Origin: a virus
IMG/VR virus record: IMGVR_UViG_3300042472_000301
Coordinates: 28,901-92,900 of that record
Length of the DNA stretch: 64,000 nucleotides
Reading direction: 5' to 3' (one strand)
Shown piece by piece: positions 20,058 through 28,823 of the stretch (positions are counted from its first letter, which is position 1; the number at the start of each line of letters is the position of its first letter). Under the pieces are notes generated by a model, which ran no database searches, was not told the DNA's origin, and saw only the letters and a program-made list of their open reading frames with translations. The position numbers and the translations under genes were made by a program.

Positions 20058-21686
20058 ATGGCTCTCCCAACAACAGCACTACCCGCCGCGCCAACAGGCA
20101 TGAGCTTGGCTGATCCTGACATTCAGAAGCAGTACTCCGAGTCGGTTGACAAGGTGCTCGCTGCGCTTGAAAACAGGGGCAGCTCTATACCTTGGTTCAA
20201 GATCTCTGCAGCCTTGGCAGACCCCGGTCGCACAGGCTCGGCTGCTGAGGGCTTTGGTCGCGCAATGGGCGTTCTTGGTCAGCAGCGCGAAGTGGAAGAA
20301 CAACAAGCCCTGCCAATCGCCCAGATGCGTGCGCAGTTGGTTGGCCAGAAGTACGAGATGGGTAAGGAGGCGCAAGCCCTTAACGCGTTTGCTAAGGTGC
20401 TCGGCACGACCCCGCAAGACATTCAGTCAGGCATCTCTCAGGCACGGACCAACCCCGCCATGATGCAGCGCCTGAACGCCGCGATGCCGTTGTTTTACGG
20501 TTCGCCCAAGATTACGGAACTAGCCAAGACCATGTTCGGCCAGTACAAGGACATGGCAAACACGCTGCTTGAAGAGTTCAAGGCGGGCATGACGCAGGCC
20601 GACTTGATTGCTAAGTATGGTCCTGAGATCGTTCCGATGATCCGTGGCATGGGCGGCATTCAACCGAGCGGGGCTGGGCAACCACGGGCAACCCCTGCAG
20701 GTGGCGGCACTGCCGAACCCGCGCCCACTGGCAACGGTATGATGGGCGAACCTCCCCCAAGAGCAGCAGGCGAAGAGGCTGACTTTCATGGCACTGAACA
20801 AAACAATAGACCTGCCGCACCTGCCGCAGCACCAACTCCCGCGGCTACTACTGGCACAGTCAGAACGGCCACCGAGGCTCTTGGTCCGATTAGGGTTGAA
20901 GGTAACCGCATCATTGCCCCGGATGGGGAAGTGCTGGCCGAGCGGGGGTCAACAACGCTTGCCACTTGGCAAGACACAATAAAAACGACCCGTGCAGAAT
21001 ACGATAAGCGCAGGGCTGAGACTATTAAGTTTGAGCGCGATCAGATTGCGAACGCCAGTAAAGAACGCGGAGAGAGTTTTGCGCCAAGAATCAAGGAGGT
21101 CGGCACGATCAACCCCGACGACATCATGCGCACACAGGGTCTGTATGACTCGCTTGATAACCTCGTCAACAGTGACCCCGACATGAAGAAGGCGCTCGGC
21201 TTGATGTTCAAGCAGGGTGCTGGTGCTGCGATGTATGAGCTGGCAAAGAGCGGGGTCAAGGTCAACAACTTTGGCATCGGTGTCGACGCCTATCCTGCGT
21301 TTGTAAAACAATTGCCACCCGAAAAGCAGGAGAAGCTGCGTCAGATGGATATGATTCTGTCAACCATCTTTATACAGAAGGCTAAGGACGGCAAGTCGGC
21401 GTTCGGCCCGGCCATCAGTAACTTTGACGTGCTCACGCAGAAAGAGCAGATGGCATCGATTCGCGACACGGCCAAGATCATCAACAGCTGGTTGGCTCAG
21501 GAGCGCGCGTTGGCCGACCAGAGGCTTGAAATTGCCGGCGCGTTTGGCGACTACGTGACGTCCACCGAGGGCACGAACAAGAAGCCGTACCAGTTCTTTA
21601 CCTCGCAGGAGTACAAGGATATTGCCAAGAAGTACGGCCAGCTTTATCGTGACCTAGCAATCACCACATACGGAGCGCCCAAATAA
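20058..21686 (+). CDS. internal virion / ejection protein
   Basis: DPGRTGS..EGFGRA N-terminal motif, helical; within ejection cluster. Confidence 0.55.
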   Translation: MALPTTALPAAPTGMSLADPDIQKQYSESVDKVLAALENRGSSIPWFKISAALADPGRTGSAAEGFGRAMGVLGQQREVEEQQALPIAQMRAQLVGQKYEMGKEAQALNAFAKVLGTTPQDIQSGISQARTNPAMMQRLNAAMPLFYGSPKITELAKTMFGQYKDMANTLLEEFKAGMTQADLIAKYGPEIVPMIRGMGGIQPSGAGQPRATPAGGGTAEPAPTGNGMMGEPPPRAAGEEADFHGTEQNNRPAAPAAAPTPAATTGTVRTATEALGPIRVEGNRIIAPDGEVLAERGSTTLATWQDTIKTTRAEYDKRRAETIKFERDQIANASKERGESFAPRIKEVGTINPDDIMRTQGLYDSLDNLVNSDPDMKKALGLMFKQGAGAAMYELAKSGVKVNNFGIGVDAYPAFVKQLPPEKQEKLRQMDMILSTIFIQKAKDGKSAFGPAISNFDVLTQKEQMASIRDTAKIINSWLAQERALADQRLEIAGAFGDYVTSTEGTNKKPYQFFTSQEYKDIAKKYGQLYRDLAITTYGAPK

Positions 21687-22513
21687 TGGCTGACGAAAAA
21701 AAGTCCCCCTACGAGGAGGCCGCCGAGCGCCTGCGCGGCATGGGCGGCCACTACGCGACCCACGTTGACCGCATGGAGGAGTCGTTCAAGGAACCCACCA
21801 CCGGATCCGACATCGACGCCAACTTGGTGCCCGCAGGCATCGGTGCTGTAATGGGTGCCCCTGTGGCGGCCTACAGGGCGCTTCGACCAACACCTGCACC
21901 CACGGCCTCAGTGGCCGACATCGCACGCACTGTGGCCGCCGAGGGCGCCCCTGCGGCCGCTGGCGCGCCCGGCGCTATGCCCAGAGCCACGGGACGTGGT
22001 GCCGCGGTCATCAACTACGCAAACCAAGTGACCCCCGCAATTACTAACCTTGAGGCCTCCCGAGCTGGTAACTACGGCGCAGTGTGGGACGAGGCTCGCA
22101 GGGCGCAGGCGCTTGCTAGCCAGACGCGGGGCTTCGTGCCCGGTGAGAACCTGATGCTGCCGCGTGAAATTCAAGAGCAGCAGGCCGCGCGTCAGGCGGT
22201 CGAGGCACGCAGGGCGGCTAATCCATCGGCAAGTCAGACCATTAGAAACGTTATAGGCGGTGCTGGCGACATTTTGGCAAAGAGCAAGGTGATGCCGATT
22301 GTGGGTGGCGCGGCCTCGGGCTACGACATTGCAAGCGCAATTGACGAATACAACCAAGGTGACTACGCTAACGCGGCCATATCAGGATTAGGCGGCGCAG
22401 GCGGGCTCATGATGATGTCGCGCAATCCACTGCGCATCGGCGCGGGTGCGTTGATGCAGGCACCTGCGCTCGCTCGCGCTGGCTACAGGTACCTCACAAA
22501 GCCTAAGGAGTAG
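21686..22513 (+). CDS. putative internal virion protein
   Basis: Last rightward gene of the cluster; Gly/Ala hydrophobic C-terminus. Confidence 0.5.
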   Translation: MADEKKSPYEEAAERLRGMGGHYATHVDRMEESFKEPTTGSDIDANLVPAGIGAVMGAPVAAYRALRPTPAPTASVADIARTVAAEGAPAAAGAPGAMPRATGRGAAVINYANQVTPAITNLEASRAGNYGAVWDEARRAQALASQTRGFVPGENLMLPREIQEQQAARQAVEARRAANPSASQTIRNVIGGAGDILAKSKVMPIVGGAASGYDIASAIDEYNQGDYANAAISGLGGAGGLMMMSRNPLRIGAGALMQAPALARAGYRYLTKPKE

Positions 22514-22646
22514 GTTTTTCCTGTGTAATGCGCGCCTGCTCCCACGCCTCTAGCCAGATGTTGTAGGGGTCCTCGAGCAGGTCGCGTGCGTTGGCGTCGT
22601 CGAGCAGTTTGAGCCAGTCTTGGTATGCCTGTTCACATTCGTTCAA
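22503..22646 (-). CDS. small hypothetical protein (47 aa, not in ORF track)
   Basis: GGAG RBS then TTG start: MNECEQAYQDWLKLLDD...EKPTP; overlaps the convergent gene end by 11 bp. Confidence 0.5.
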   Translation of the reverse strand: MNECEQAYQDWLKLLDDANARDLLEDPYNIWLEAWEQARITQEKPTP

Positions 22647-22854
22647 GGTATTTCTCCAGTTTGGTAAATTTATCAGCGCTTGGCTCGTACTTGCCCAAGA
22701 ACCACGCGTACACCGCGGTGCGTGACACCTCTAGGTGATCGGCAATATCCACAATGCTCACGTCAAGCTCGATGGCCTTCATGGCCAAGCGTGTGAAGGG
22801 CGTGAAGGGCGTGTCGTTGATCTGCTTGATCAGTGATAGCGAGTAGCCGGCCAC
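22633..22854 (-). CDS. XRE/Cro-type helix-turn-helix protein
   Basis: SIVDIADHLEVSRTAVYAWFLGKYEP; probable GTG start overlapping the upstream TAG. Confidence 0.7.
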   Translation of the reverse strand: MAGYSLSLIKQINDTPFTPFTRLAMKAIELDVSIVDIADHLEVSRTAVYAWFLGKYEPSADKFTKLEKYLERM

Positions 22855-22997
22855 TACGAGCTCCCCTGCTCGGCAATCATCTTTTGCGCCATCTCGTTGG
22901 CCAAGTGCGGGATTAAATCCCAAGGCACCTTGGCGGCCGTTATCAGGGCCTGCATCGCCATGCCGGCGTACAGTTTGAACAGCTCGTCGTCATTCAT
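22854..22997 (-). CDS. small hypothetical protein (MNDDELFKLYAGMAMQAL)
   Basis: Likely true start inside track ORF 22854..23180; AGMAMQAL motif common in phage small genes. Confidence 0.5.
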   Translation of the reverse strand: MNDDELFKLYAGMAMQALITAAKVPWDLIPHLANEMAQKMIAEQGSS

Positions 22998-23214
22998 CGT
23001 GATTCCAAAAAATAATAGGGGTGGCTTCACCGTGGTAACCGCCCTCGATGTTGAAGTCGCAGTACTCGCGTGCCTCACCCTGCGGCATGTCTCGCATGAG
23101 CAGCTTGATGATCTTCTCGCCGTCGTAGACTGCCCGGGTGACACGGTTACCGTCCGGTTGCCAAACTTCGGCTGTGCCAACTAGGGCGCTTTCAAGCCCG
23201 TCAAATGTTTTCAT
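22990..23214 (-). CDS. hypothetical phage protein
   Basis: DGLESALVG...AVYD...EAREY.DFNI.G.Y.G..TPI, a recurrent phage small-protein pattern. Confidence 0.6.
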   Translation of the reverse strand: MKTFDGLESALVGTAEVWQPDGNRVTRAVYDGEKIIKLLMRDMPQGEAREYCDFNIEGGYHGEATPIIFWNHDE

Positions 23215-23464
23215 CGCTCACCTCAATAAGTTTCTGTAGGTAGTGCTGCGCCTTCTTCAGGTCCTCAACGCCGCCCTTGTCCTTCCACCTACTAACGTAC
23301 TTCACTACGTTGCCCTCTAGATAGCCCAAGTTGTTGGCGATGATGTAATCCCACGGCTGTATGGCCTTGACTGCGTAGTGTGCGCCACCTACTTGTTGCG
23401 CGTTGGCGCGTATTGCTGCGCCTATTTGCGCAATACCTTTTAACTCTTGCTCGTTCAGTTCCAT
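23201..23464 (-). CDS. DUF3310 (SaV-like) protein
   Basis: QVGG.HY...IQPWDYI...LGYLEGNVVKYVSRW..KGGVEDLKKA.HYL. Confidence 0.85.
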   Translation of the reverse strand: MELNEQELKGIAQIGAAIRANAQQVGGAHYAVKAIQPWDYIIANNLGYLEGNVVKYVSRWKDKGGVEDLKKAQHYLQKLIEVSDENI

Positions 23465-23474
23465 GTCGGACCCC

Positions 23475-23768
23475 TTAACCATGCCGCTGCTTCGTTAGCC
23501 TATCGCGGATCTGCGTTGCGAGCTGCTCGAGCGCCACGTCCAGCACCATCGGCACGTCCACACCATCGAGCCCCTTGCGCATCGCGTCAACGAGCTTGGC
23601 GCATTCGTCGCGCTCGATTGAAATCGCGGTCTTGGTCGTGTTGATCGCGATCTGCATGATCTCGGCCCGGGCAATTGCAAGGGACTGATCAAACTCCTCC
23701 TGCGTGAACAGCGTGGCACCTGTGCCGCGGGCAAAGAACTTCTTTTGAAAATCGGTTAGTTCTTTCAT
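23475..23768 (-). CDS. hypothetical protein
   Basis: ERDECAKL...QIRDR module; part of leftward small-gene array. Confidence 0.55.
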   Translation of the reverse strand: MKELTDFQKKFFARGTGATLFTQEEFDQSLAIARAEIMQIAINTTKTAISIERDECAKLVDAMRKGLDGVDVPMVLDVALEQLATQIRDRLTKQRHG

Positions 23769-23857
23769 TTAAACCACCATTTAAAAAATAATATCAGTGC
23801 GCACCATGCGCCGTAAAACCACATCATCCATATTGGCAGGTCAGCGGGGATGTTCAT
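23765..23857 (-). CDS. 30-aa hydrophobic membrane peptide
   Basis: MNIPADLPIWMMWFYGAWCALILFFKWWFK; TGA overlaps the ATG of 23768. Confidence 0.4.
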   Translation of the reverse strand: MNIPADLPIWMMWFYGAWCALILFFKWWFK

Positions 23858-24146
23858 CTTTCTTCCTCTGCTCTGTATACATCCCTGCGCGATAGCCGAT
23901 CTCATACGCCTTGCGTAGCGTCATCATGCCCAGTTCGATTGCGTCACTCTCCGATATGAAGTGCAACGCACTCTCTTGTGCTGCGCGGCGTATGCTGTCC
24001 TCGACCCGCTGCTGTTGGGCGCGTTCAATTGCGTCAAAGGCTTCGTCTTCTTCAGTCATCGTTTTTGTCCTTGCTTTAATCACTTGTATGTGGTCAAACA
24101 TCTTTTTGCCAAGGTCGTAAAACTCCTTGTCCTTGTTATCTTTCAT
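23841..24146 (-). CDS. hypothetical protein
   Basis: ATGA-coupled ORF in small-gene array. Confidence 0.5.
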   Translation of the reverse strand: MKDNKDKEFYDLGKKMFDHIQVIKARTKTMTEEDEAFDAIERAQQQRVEDSIRRAAQESALHFISESDAIELGMMTLRKAYEIGYRAGMYTEQRKKDEHPR

Positions 24147-24358
24147 TCTTCCACCCCATCAATCCATTGATCCAGTTTGTCGTGCATCTCTTTGCGGCGA
24201 GCCTGCGCAATCGTCATGTCTTGACCGCCGACAATGACTTCTATGGTGTTTGCCATTTCATTTTCAAACTGCTCACCTTTTTTGAACATAATTTCTTGAG
24301 AAGTTGTGCCAACTGTAAAAACAATACCCTGCAAGTTAATTGCTGATTGGACTTTCAT
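24143..24358 (-). CDS. hypothetical protein
   Basis: Start MKVQSA overlaps the upstream stop; AAGGA RBS. Confidence 0.5.
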   Translation of the reverse strand: MKVQSAINLQGIVFTVGTTSQEIMFKKGEQFENEMANTIEVIVGGQDMTIAQARRKEMHDKLDQWIDGVEE

Positions 24359-24678
24359 GTGTTTAATTCCTTTAGTTTGGCTTCGATAGCAAGACACATT
24401 CGTTCGGGGTATCCAACATTTGCTGCAAAGATATGATTTATTTCTGTTCCGGTCAGCCCGACCCATTCACGCTTAGGCGCACGAACCTTTACAGTTAGTT
24501 CTTTGATTGCCTCGTCATAGCCATAACCAATCACTTGCGTTGCTACCTCATTGACTACATCTTCCATTTGTACAGCTAAACGTTTTTTGAGTTCCTCTCG
24601 CATTTGCCATTCGAGTGATGGTATTAAAATTGACAGCAGATCATCTGCCTTTGACTTACCTGATTTAAACAGACCCAT
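24355..24678 (-). CDS. hypothetical protein with REWVGLT...AIEAKLKE C-terminal module
   Basis: AGGAG RBS; modular C-terminus. Confidence 0.55.
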   Translation of the reverse strand: MGLFKSGKSKADDLLSILIPSLEWQMREELKKRLAVQMEDVVNEVATQVIGYGYDEAIKELTVKVRAPKREWVGLTGTEINHIFAANVGYPERMCLAIEAKLKELNT

Positions 24679-24746
24679 AATTCTTCTCCTTTAGTTTGGC
24701 TTCAATAGCACGATAGCGCATCAATAATTAAGTCAATCTTGCTCAT
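24675..24746 (-). pseudogene. internally deleted remnant of a small gene
   Basis: MSKIDLIIDAL joined out of frame to RAIEAKLKEKN, the same tail as 24355..24678. Confidence 0.5.
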
Positions 24747-25050
24747 GATTACCCCTTGCTCTGATTTCATCTGCGGCATAAGTAACGTAAGGCTGTCGTT
24801 CAGTTGGCTCATATTTAAGAGCAATCTTCGCACAAAGCTCACGTTCATCAAGCCTTGCAGCCTCAACCGCATCACAGCAATCTTGCAGGTAGTCGGCAGC
24901 ACAAGCCTCACGCTCGTCTTGGCGCACAAGGTCGGCAAAGTGTTCAAGGTGTTCGGCTCGTACATCAGGGTGATTTAATGAGCACCAGTCGCCATCACCA
25001 AGCTCTTCCAACCCCGCTTGTTCAGCCAACTCTTTTAATCGTTCGTTCAT
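24733..25050 (-). CDS. hypothetical protein
   Basis: MNERLKELAEQAG...DEREACA...DERELCAK...IRARG modules. Confidence 0.55.
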   Translation of the reverse strand: MNERLKELAEQAGLEELGDGDWCSLNHPDVRAEHLEHFADLVRQDEREACAADYLQDCCDAVEAARLDERELCAKIALKYEPTERQPYVTYAADEIRARGNHEQD

Positions 25051-25211
25051 GCGTCATCTCCCATTGGCATAGCAAACATCTGACCTGAGAAGGCGTTCAG
25101 GATCGCAGCCTTAGCCTCCTCACGCTCGTCTTCAGGGTAGTCAGCAACAACATCGTCAAGTATCTTCAAGATGTGCGCTGCAAGTTGTTTTGATGTGATT
25201 GGTGTGGTCAT
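25047..25211 (-). CDS. small hypothetical protein (54 aa, not in track)
   Basis: MTTPITSKQLAAHILK...MGDDA; ATGA overlaps at both ends. Confidence 0.55.
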   Translation of the reverse strand: MTTPITSKQLAAHILKILDDVVADYPEDEREEAKAAILNAFSGQMFAMPMGDDA

Positions 25212-25402
25212 AGCTTGCCCCTTGTTTCAGCAATTTCGTCACAATCTTTAATGCATTGCAACACTTGCTCTTGCATTCCATAACTCATAACAAACGAAAG
25301 ATTTACTTTATTTAACAAAAACCCCGCCACCATACAAACCGTTTCCAAATGCTTAATGCGTTTAATACAATCTTCATGGTTGTCAGTAATTTTGATTGTC
25401 AT
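25208..25402 (-). CDS. hypothetical protein
   Basis: ATGA-coupled ORF (start MTIKIT). Confidence 0.45.
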   Translation of the reverse strand: MTIKITDNHEDCIKRIKHLETVCMVAGFLLNKVNLSFVMSYGMQEQVLQCIKDCDEIAETRGKL

Positions 25403-25650
25403 ACTGCCCACCTCGGTGTCATAAATGATGCGTGTTGTCGAGCCTTAGCCCTGCGTGTTGCCTTGCGCTGTTTAAACGGCATCAAGTGCTTCTTGTGCTT
25501 GCCGTGCATCACAAAGATAGCCTTGCGTAACCACTTGCGCGGCACAATCAACTTTGTTGGACGTACTGTAATACGCTCACCTGACTCATCAATTGCGTTC
25601 CACAAAGACAAAAGGGCTTGCTCAAGTGCGTTAGAGGTTAGGTCTATCAC
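25399..25650 (-). CDS. hypothetical basic protein
   Basis: GGAGG RBS, GTGA overlap. Confidence 0.45.
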   Translation of the reverse strand: MIDLTSNALEQALLSLWNAIDESGERITVRPTKLIVPRKWLRKAIFVMHGKHKKHLMPFKQRKATRRAKARQHASFMTPRWAV

Positions 25651-25922
25651 GGCATCACCTCCGCTGATTTCAACCTGCCCTTGCCATCAATAACAATCTT
25701 GATACACTCATGCCCGACTTGGTCGTCAACCTCTACCCACGACTTCAGACCACAGATTAGATACTTCACTACATCAGGCTTTGGTTCAGGCTTGATGCGA
25801 TATTGCCAACTTTTATCCCAAGACGGGTGTCTTAAATCGCGCCATTCCACATACTCACTTTTACCTTGAATCTTCGCACCATCCGCCCAAGCGTGGATAA
25901 GGTCTGCGTGTTTGTGTTTCAT
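25647..25922 (-). CDS. hypothetical protein
   Basis: KHADLI.AWADGA.IQ...P.W....YRIKP, a recurrent phage family. Confidence 0.6.
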   Translation of the reverse strand: MKHKHADLIHAWADGAKIQGKSEYVEWRDLRHPSWDKSWQYRIKPEPKPDVVKYLICGLKSWVEVDDQVGHECIKIVIDGKGRLKSAEVMP

Positions 25923-26128
25923 TTCACCTTCTCCTTCACATACCCAAACTTTTTAGCAAGCGTTTTAAATTGCACCTCATTGATGAAGTACCAATCTTTC
26001 TGTACGCTCTTGTATACAGGAGTTGATTGAATCAACTCATCGTCAAGCTCAATTGCATGTTCTGTCAGCATCACGGACCGTGGTGCGCCGTTGATGAATA
26101 CAACATGTGCTACGGGTTCCTTGTTCAT
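25919..26128 (-). CDS. hypothetical protein
   Basis: ATGA-coupled ORF. Confidence 0.45.
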   Translation of the reverse strand: MNKEPVAHVVFINGAPRSVMLTEHAIELDDELIQSTPVYKSVQKDWYFINEVQFKTLAKKFGYVKEKVK

Positions 26129-26367
26129 TTCACACCCCCCGCCATAGCACGATCAACCTCGTCGTTCATCTGCTGCTCGGTCACCATGAACAACTGGCTG
26201 GTGTACTTGTTCAGCCAGCGGTAGCGTGCCGCATCAGCCGCCAGACCGCGGTGTATCCTAGTCGTTCGATCAAGCGTCGCGCTTAAGAAGTCAATCCTAT
26301 CTGACTGCGCCTTAATATGAGCGTTGAGCTCGTCGACGTGCGTCTGCATTTCGCGTTGTTCTTTCAT
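26125..26367 (-). CDS. hypothetical protein (DAARYRWL family)
   Basis: Coiled coil plus DAARYRWL...VDRAM motif. Confidence 0.55.
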   Translation of the reverse strand: MKEQREMQTHVDELNAHIKAQSDRIDFLSATLDRTTRIHRGLAADAARYRWLNKYTSQLFMVTEQQMNDEVDRAMAGGVK

Positions 26368-26726
26368 TGCAGCCTCATGAACTCGATGACGTTGTTTTTA
26401 ATGGTGCTTATGACCGAGCCGTTGCCCCACAGCTTGCACCCACGCGACACGGCCGCCGATCGCAACGACTCGGCGTCAAACTCGCCGGGTTCAAGTAAAA
26501 ACACGTCACTGGGTTGCATTTTGTCAAAGTCTTTGCCGGTTAAAAAGGTGCTGTACGTGCCGTAGGGTACCGTCATCTGACGCCTCTTACGCTCGCGCGG
26601 TGCGACCACCTCAAGCGAGCCCTCGTTGATGATTGGCTCATCCGGTATCTGGATGACGTACTCGGCCTTGATGGCCTTTAATAAAACAATGGCTTTGTTC
26701 AATGCGATCTGTGTAATTTGTTCCAC
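26364..26726 (-). CDS. hypothetical protein
   Basis: AAGGA RBS, GTG start, coupled to the next gene. Confidence 0.55.
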   Translation of the reverse strand: MEQITQIALNKAIVLLKAIKAEYVIQIPDEPIINEGSLEVVAPRERKRRQMTVPYGTYSTFLTGKDFDKMQPSDVFLLEPGEFDAESLRSAAVSRGCKLWGNGSVISTIKNNVIEFMRLQ

Positions 26727-26729
26727 GGT

Positions 26730-26909
26730 TTAATCCTTTTTAATGTGTAGGGCGGTTTCTGATAACAACGAGAGACTCTTGTAGTAGTCCCACTTGGCAA
26801 TGGTTTCTGAATCTTTTGAGGGTGGGGTCCAGCCGTATTTTTTCCAAGTGCGTTGCACGTTGGTGGCCGAGGCTGGGGCGTAGGGTAAGTGCTCTGGTTT
26901 GAGTTCCAT
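26730..26909 (-). CDS. hypothetical protein
   Basis: Y.PA.ATNVQRTWKK.GW.PPS motif. Confidence 0.5.
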   Translation of the reverse strand: MELKPEHLPYAPASATNVQRTWKKYGWTPPSKDSETIAKWDYYKSLSLLSETALHIKKD

Positions 26910-26911
26910 GA

Positions 26912-27004
26912 TCACATCCCGTAAGAAATAACAAAGTACAGGATGAAGATGGAATACAGAATTACTGAGGCCTTAACTACAAAAGCAAGATATCGTGTGA
27001 GCAT
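26912..27004 (-). CDS. 30-aa hydrophobic membrane peptide
   Basis: ACACGGAG RBS; MLTRYLAFVVKASVILYSIFILYFVISYGM. Confidence 0.45.
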   Translation of the reverse strand: MLTRYLAFVVKASVILYSIFILYFVISYGM

Positions 27005-27021
27005 GTGTTTCTCCGTGTGAA

Positions 27022-27055
27022 TTGACAATGTAAAGCTTTTTTTTAACTGAGTCAA
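27022..27055 (-). promoter_or_regulatory. sigma70-type promoter with two overlapping palindromic operators
   Basis: TTGACT-17-TACATT on the minus strand; TTGACAATGTAAA (27022-34) and TTAACTGAGTCAA (27043-55). Confidence 0.65.
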
Positions 27056-28800
27056 TAAAGTTTATGAAGACCTACGTCTATCAGAATCTTAATCGCCTCG
27101 CTCATGTACCACTGGTAGTCGATATCAGTGGGTAAAACTTCTGGCAGCTCCATGATTGGCACCGCGTTGTCTGACTTGGGTACCTTGTTGCCGTTCTTCT
27201 TGTAGCGTATGAAGTCACCCTCAGTAGCGCGGTACCAGCGCACCACCTTGCCCAAGTACCTGCCCCTGTAGATCGCACCTGTGCGCACCGCACGCACCGT
27301 GGCAAAGAGCGTGATGTCCTCGCAGCCGTAGATGGTCTGCCTGATCGGTGTGCCCTCTGCCAAGTACTTCACGGCCGCGATCGAGCATATCTCGTTAGCC
27401 GGGCTCTTTGAGAGCGTGGTGGCAGCATACGCACCCTTGAGCTTGACGCGGCCGTCTGGCTTGATGGCCACGTAGCTGTTCACGTCACGCGAGTGCAGCG
27501 CGCGGTAGGCGGCCTCCTCGGTCACAAAGCCCGTGCACTTCTCCCACTTAACCACAGCCTCCTGCACGGCCACGTAGCGCGTCTTCTTGCCCCGTATCAC
27601 GATGCCGTCGGTGTTTGCACTCACCACCTGCGCGCCCGCGCCCTCTACCATCGCGATCAGGTCAAGTAGTGCTAACTGGCCGGTGAGCGTGACCTGCACG
27701 AGCAGGCCCGGTGAGTACAGGCAGCTATACCTGCTGCCAAGCTTACCGAAGGTGCCGTTAAGCGCAATCTTGAGCGTGTCCGAGGTCACCTTGTCACCCG
27801 CGGCCTTGGCGGCCAGCCTGCGCTCGTAGATGGTCGTGTACACGTCAAGGAAGGCCTCGCCCATCGTCTCTGGGTACAGGCCGCACTGCAGGATGATCGA
27901 GGGGTAGTAGGACGCCACGTCGCGCTCGATTAAGAACTCGTCCTCGGCCACGATGTGCGTGATCGCGCTCTCGGTGCTGTGCAGGCCGCCGATCCCCATG
28001 CGGTAGTTGCCAGCGCGGTAGTTGCCAGCGCGGTAGTTGTCTAGCGCCTCGCACTTGGGTGAGCCTGTGTCGGCGATCACGAAGTCGCACGCGCGCACGA
28101 AATCAAGCGCTTCGCTCTCTTGGATGAATGGGGGTGCCTTGTACTTAAACACCTTGCCGATCGTCACACGGGGCTTGCCAACGGGCTTACCGGTCACGTT
28201 GTGCACCTCGGCCTTGATCACGGCCTCTGCAATCTGCGCGTCGGACTTGCTGCGCAGGTCTTGGCCGTACTGGTCGCCTAACTTCTCACGCAACGCGATC
28301 TGGGGCTGCAGGCGCTCGTAGAGCATGAGGGTCACATTTAGGTCGTTCTCGCAGTACTCGCGCAGCGCCACGCGGTCGGTAGGCGTGATGCTTGCCGATG
28401 GCTCGATGGGTAAATCCTGCATCTTGGGTGCGCCCATACGCCCGGCGTAGTTCTTAAGCCCTGTGAGCCCCGGTGCGACCTCGATTAAGTCGATGTGGTT
28501 CACACCCTTGGGCGCGCGCAGGTCAAGCTCCCACGGCCGTGTGTCGTGCACGATGATGTTGTCTGAGTGATCTTTAAGCTCTTGGCAGCTCGCGCCCTCG
28601 AGCGCGGCGTTCAAGAGCGGCATGTCGTAGCCGTTGCCGTTAAACGTCACCACGCAGACCTTGCTCAGCACGCTGCGCAGTGCGTCGCGGTTCAGGTCGT
28701 GGCCTTCGTACATCTCGTAGTACATCGTCTTTTGCTGGTCTTTCAGCATGACGAGGAAGTAATCCTTGTAGACCTCAATATCTAGTGCGACCGTTTTCAT
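27052..28800 (-). CDS. DNA polymerase, family-B-like, with N-terminal 3'-5' exonuclease
   Basis: Exo motifs LDIE, FNG.GYD, YCENDL; polymerase motifs DVASYYPS, KIALNG.FGK, NTDG; GGAG RBS before 28800. Confidence 0.85.
   Translation of the reverse strand: MKTVALDIEVYKDYFLVMLKDQQKTMYYEMYEGHDLNRDALRSVLSKVCVVTFNGNGYDMPLLNAALEGASCQELKDHSDNIIVHDTRPWELDLRAPKGVNHIDLIEVAPGLTGLKNYAGRMGAPKMQDLPIEPSASITPTDRVALREYCENDLNVTLMLYERLQPQIALREKLGDQYGQDLRSKSDAQIAEAVIKAEVHNVTGKPVGKPRVTIGKVFKYKAPPFIQESEALDFVRACDFVIADTGSPKCEALDNYRAGNYRAGNYRMGIGGLHSTESAITHIVAEDEFLIERDVASYYPSIILQCGLYPETMGEAFLDVYTTIYERRLAAKAAGDKVTSDTLKIALNGTFGKLGSRYSCLYSPGLLVQVTLTGQLALLDLIAMVEGAGAQVVSANTDGIVIRGKKTRYVAVQEAVVKWEKCTGFVTEEAAYRALHSRDVNSYVAIKPDGRVKLKGAYAATTLSKSPANEICSIAAVKYLAEGTPIRQTIYGCEDITLFATVRAVRTGAIYRGRYLGKVVRWYRATEGDFIRYKKNGNKVPKSDNAVPIMELPEVLPTDIDYQWYMSEAIKILIDVGLHKLY
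28000..28039 (-). repeat. 15-bp in-frame tandem repeat (NYRAG) inside polymerase
   Basis: gcggtagttgccagc x2 plus a 10-bp partial copy. Confidence 0.85.
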
Positions 28801-28823
28801 CGTGTTCTCCGTTTTAGTTGTTG

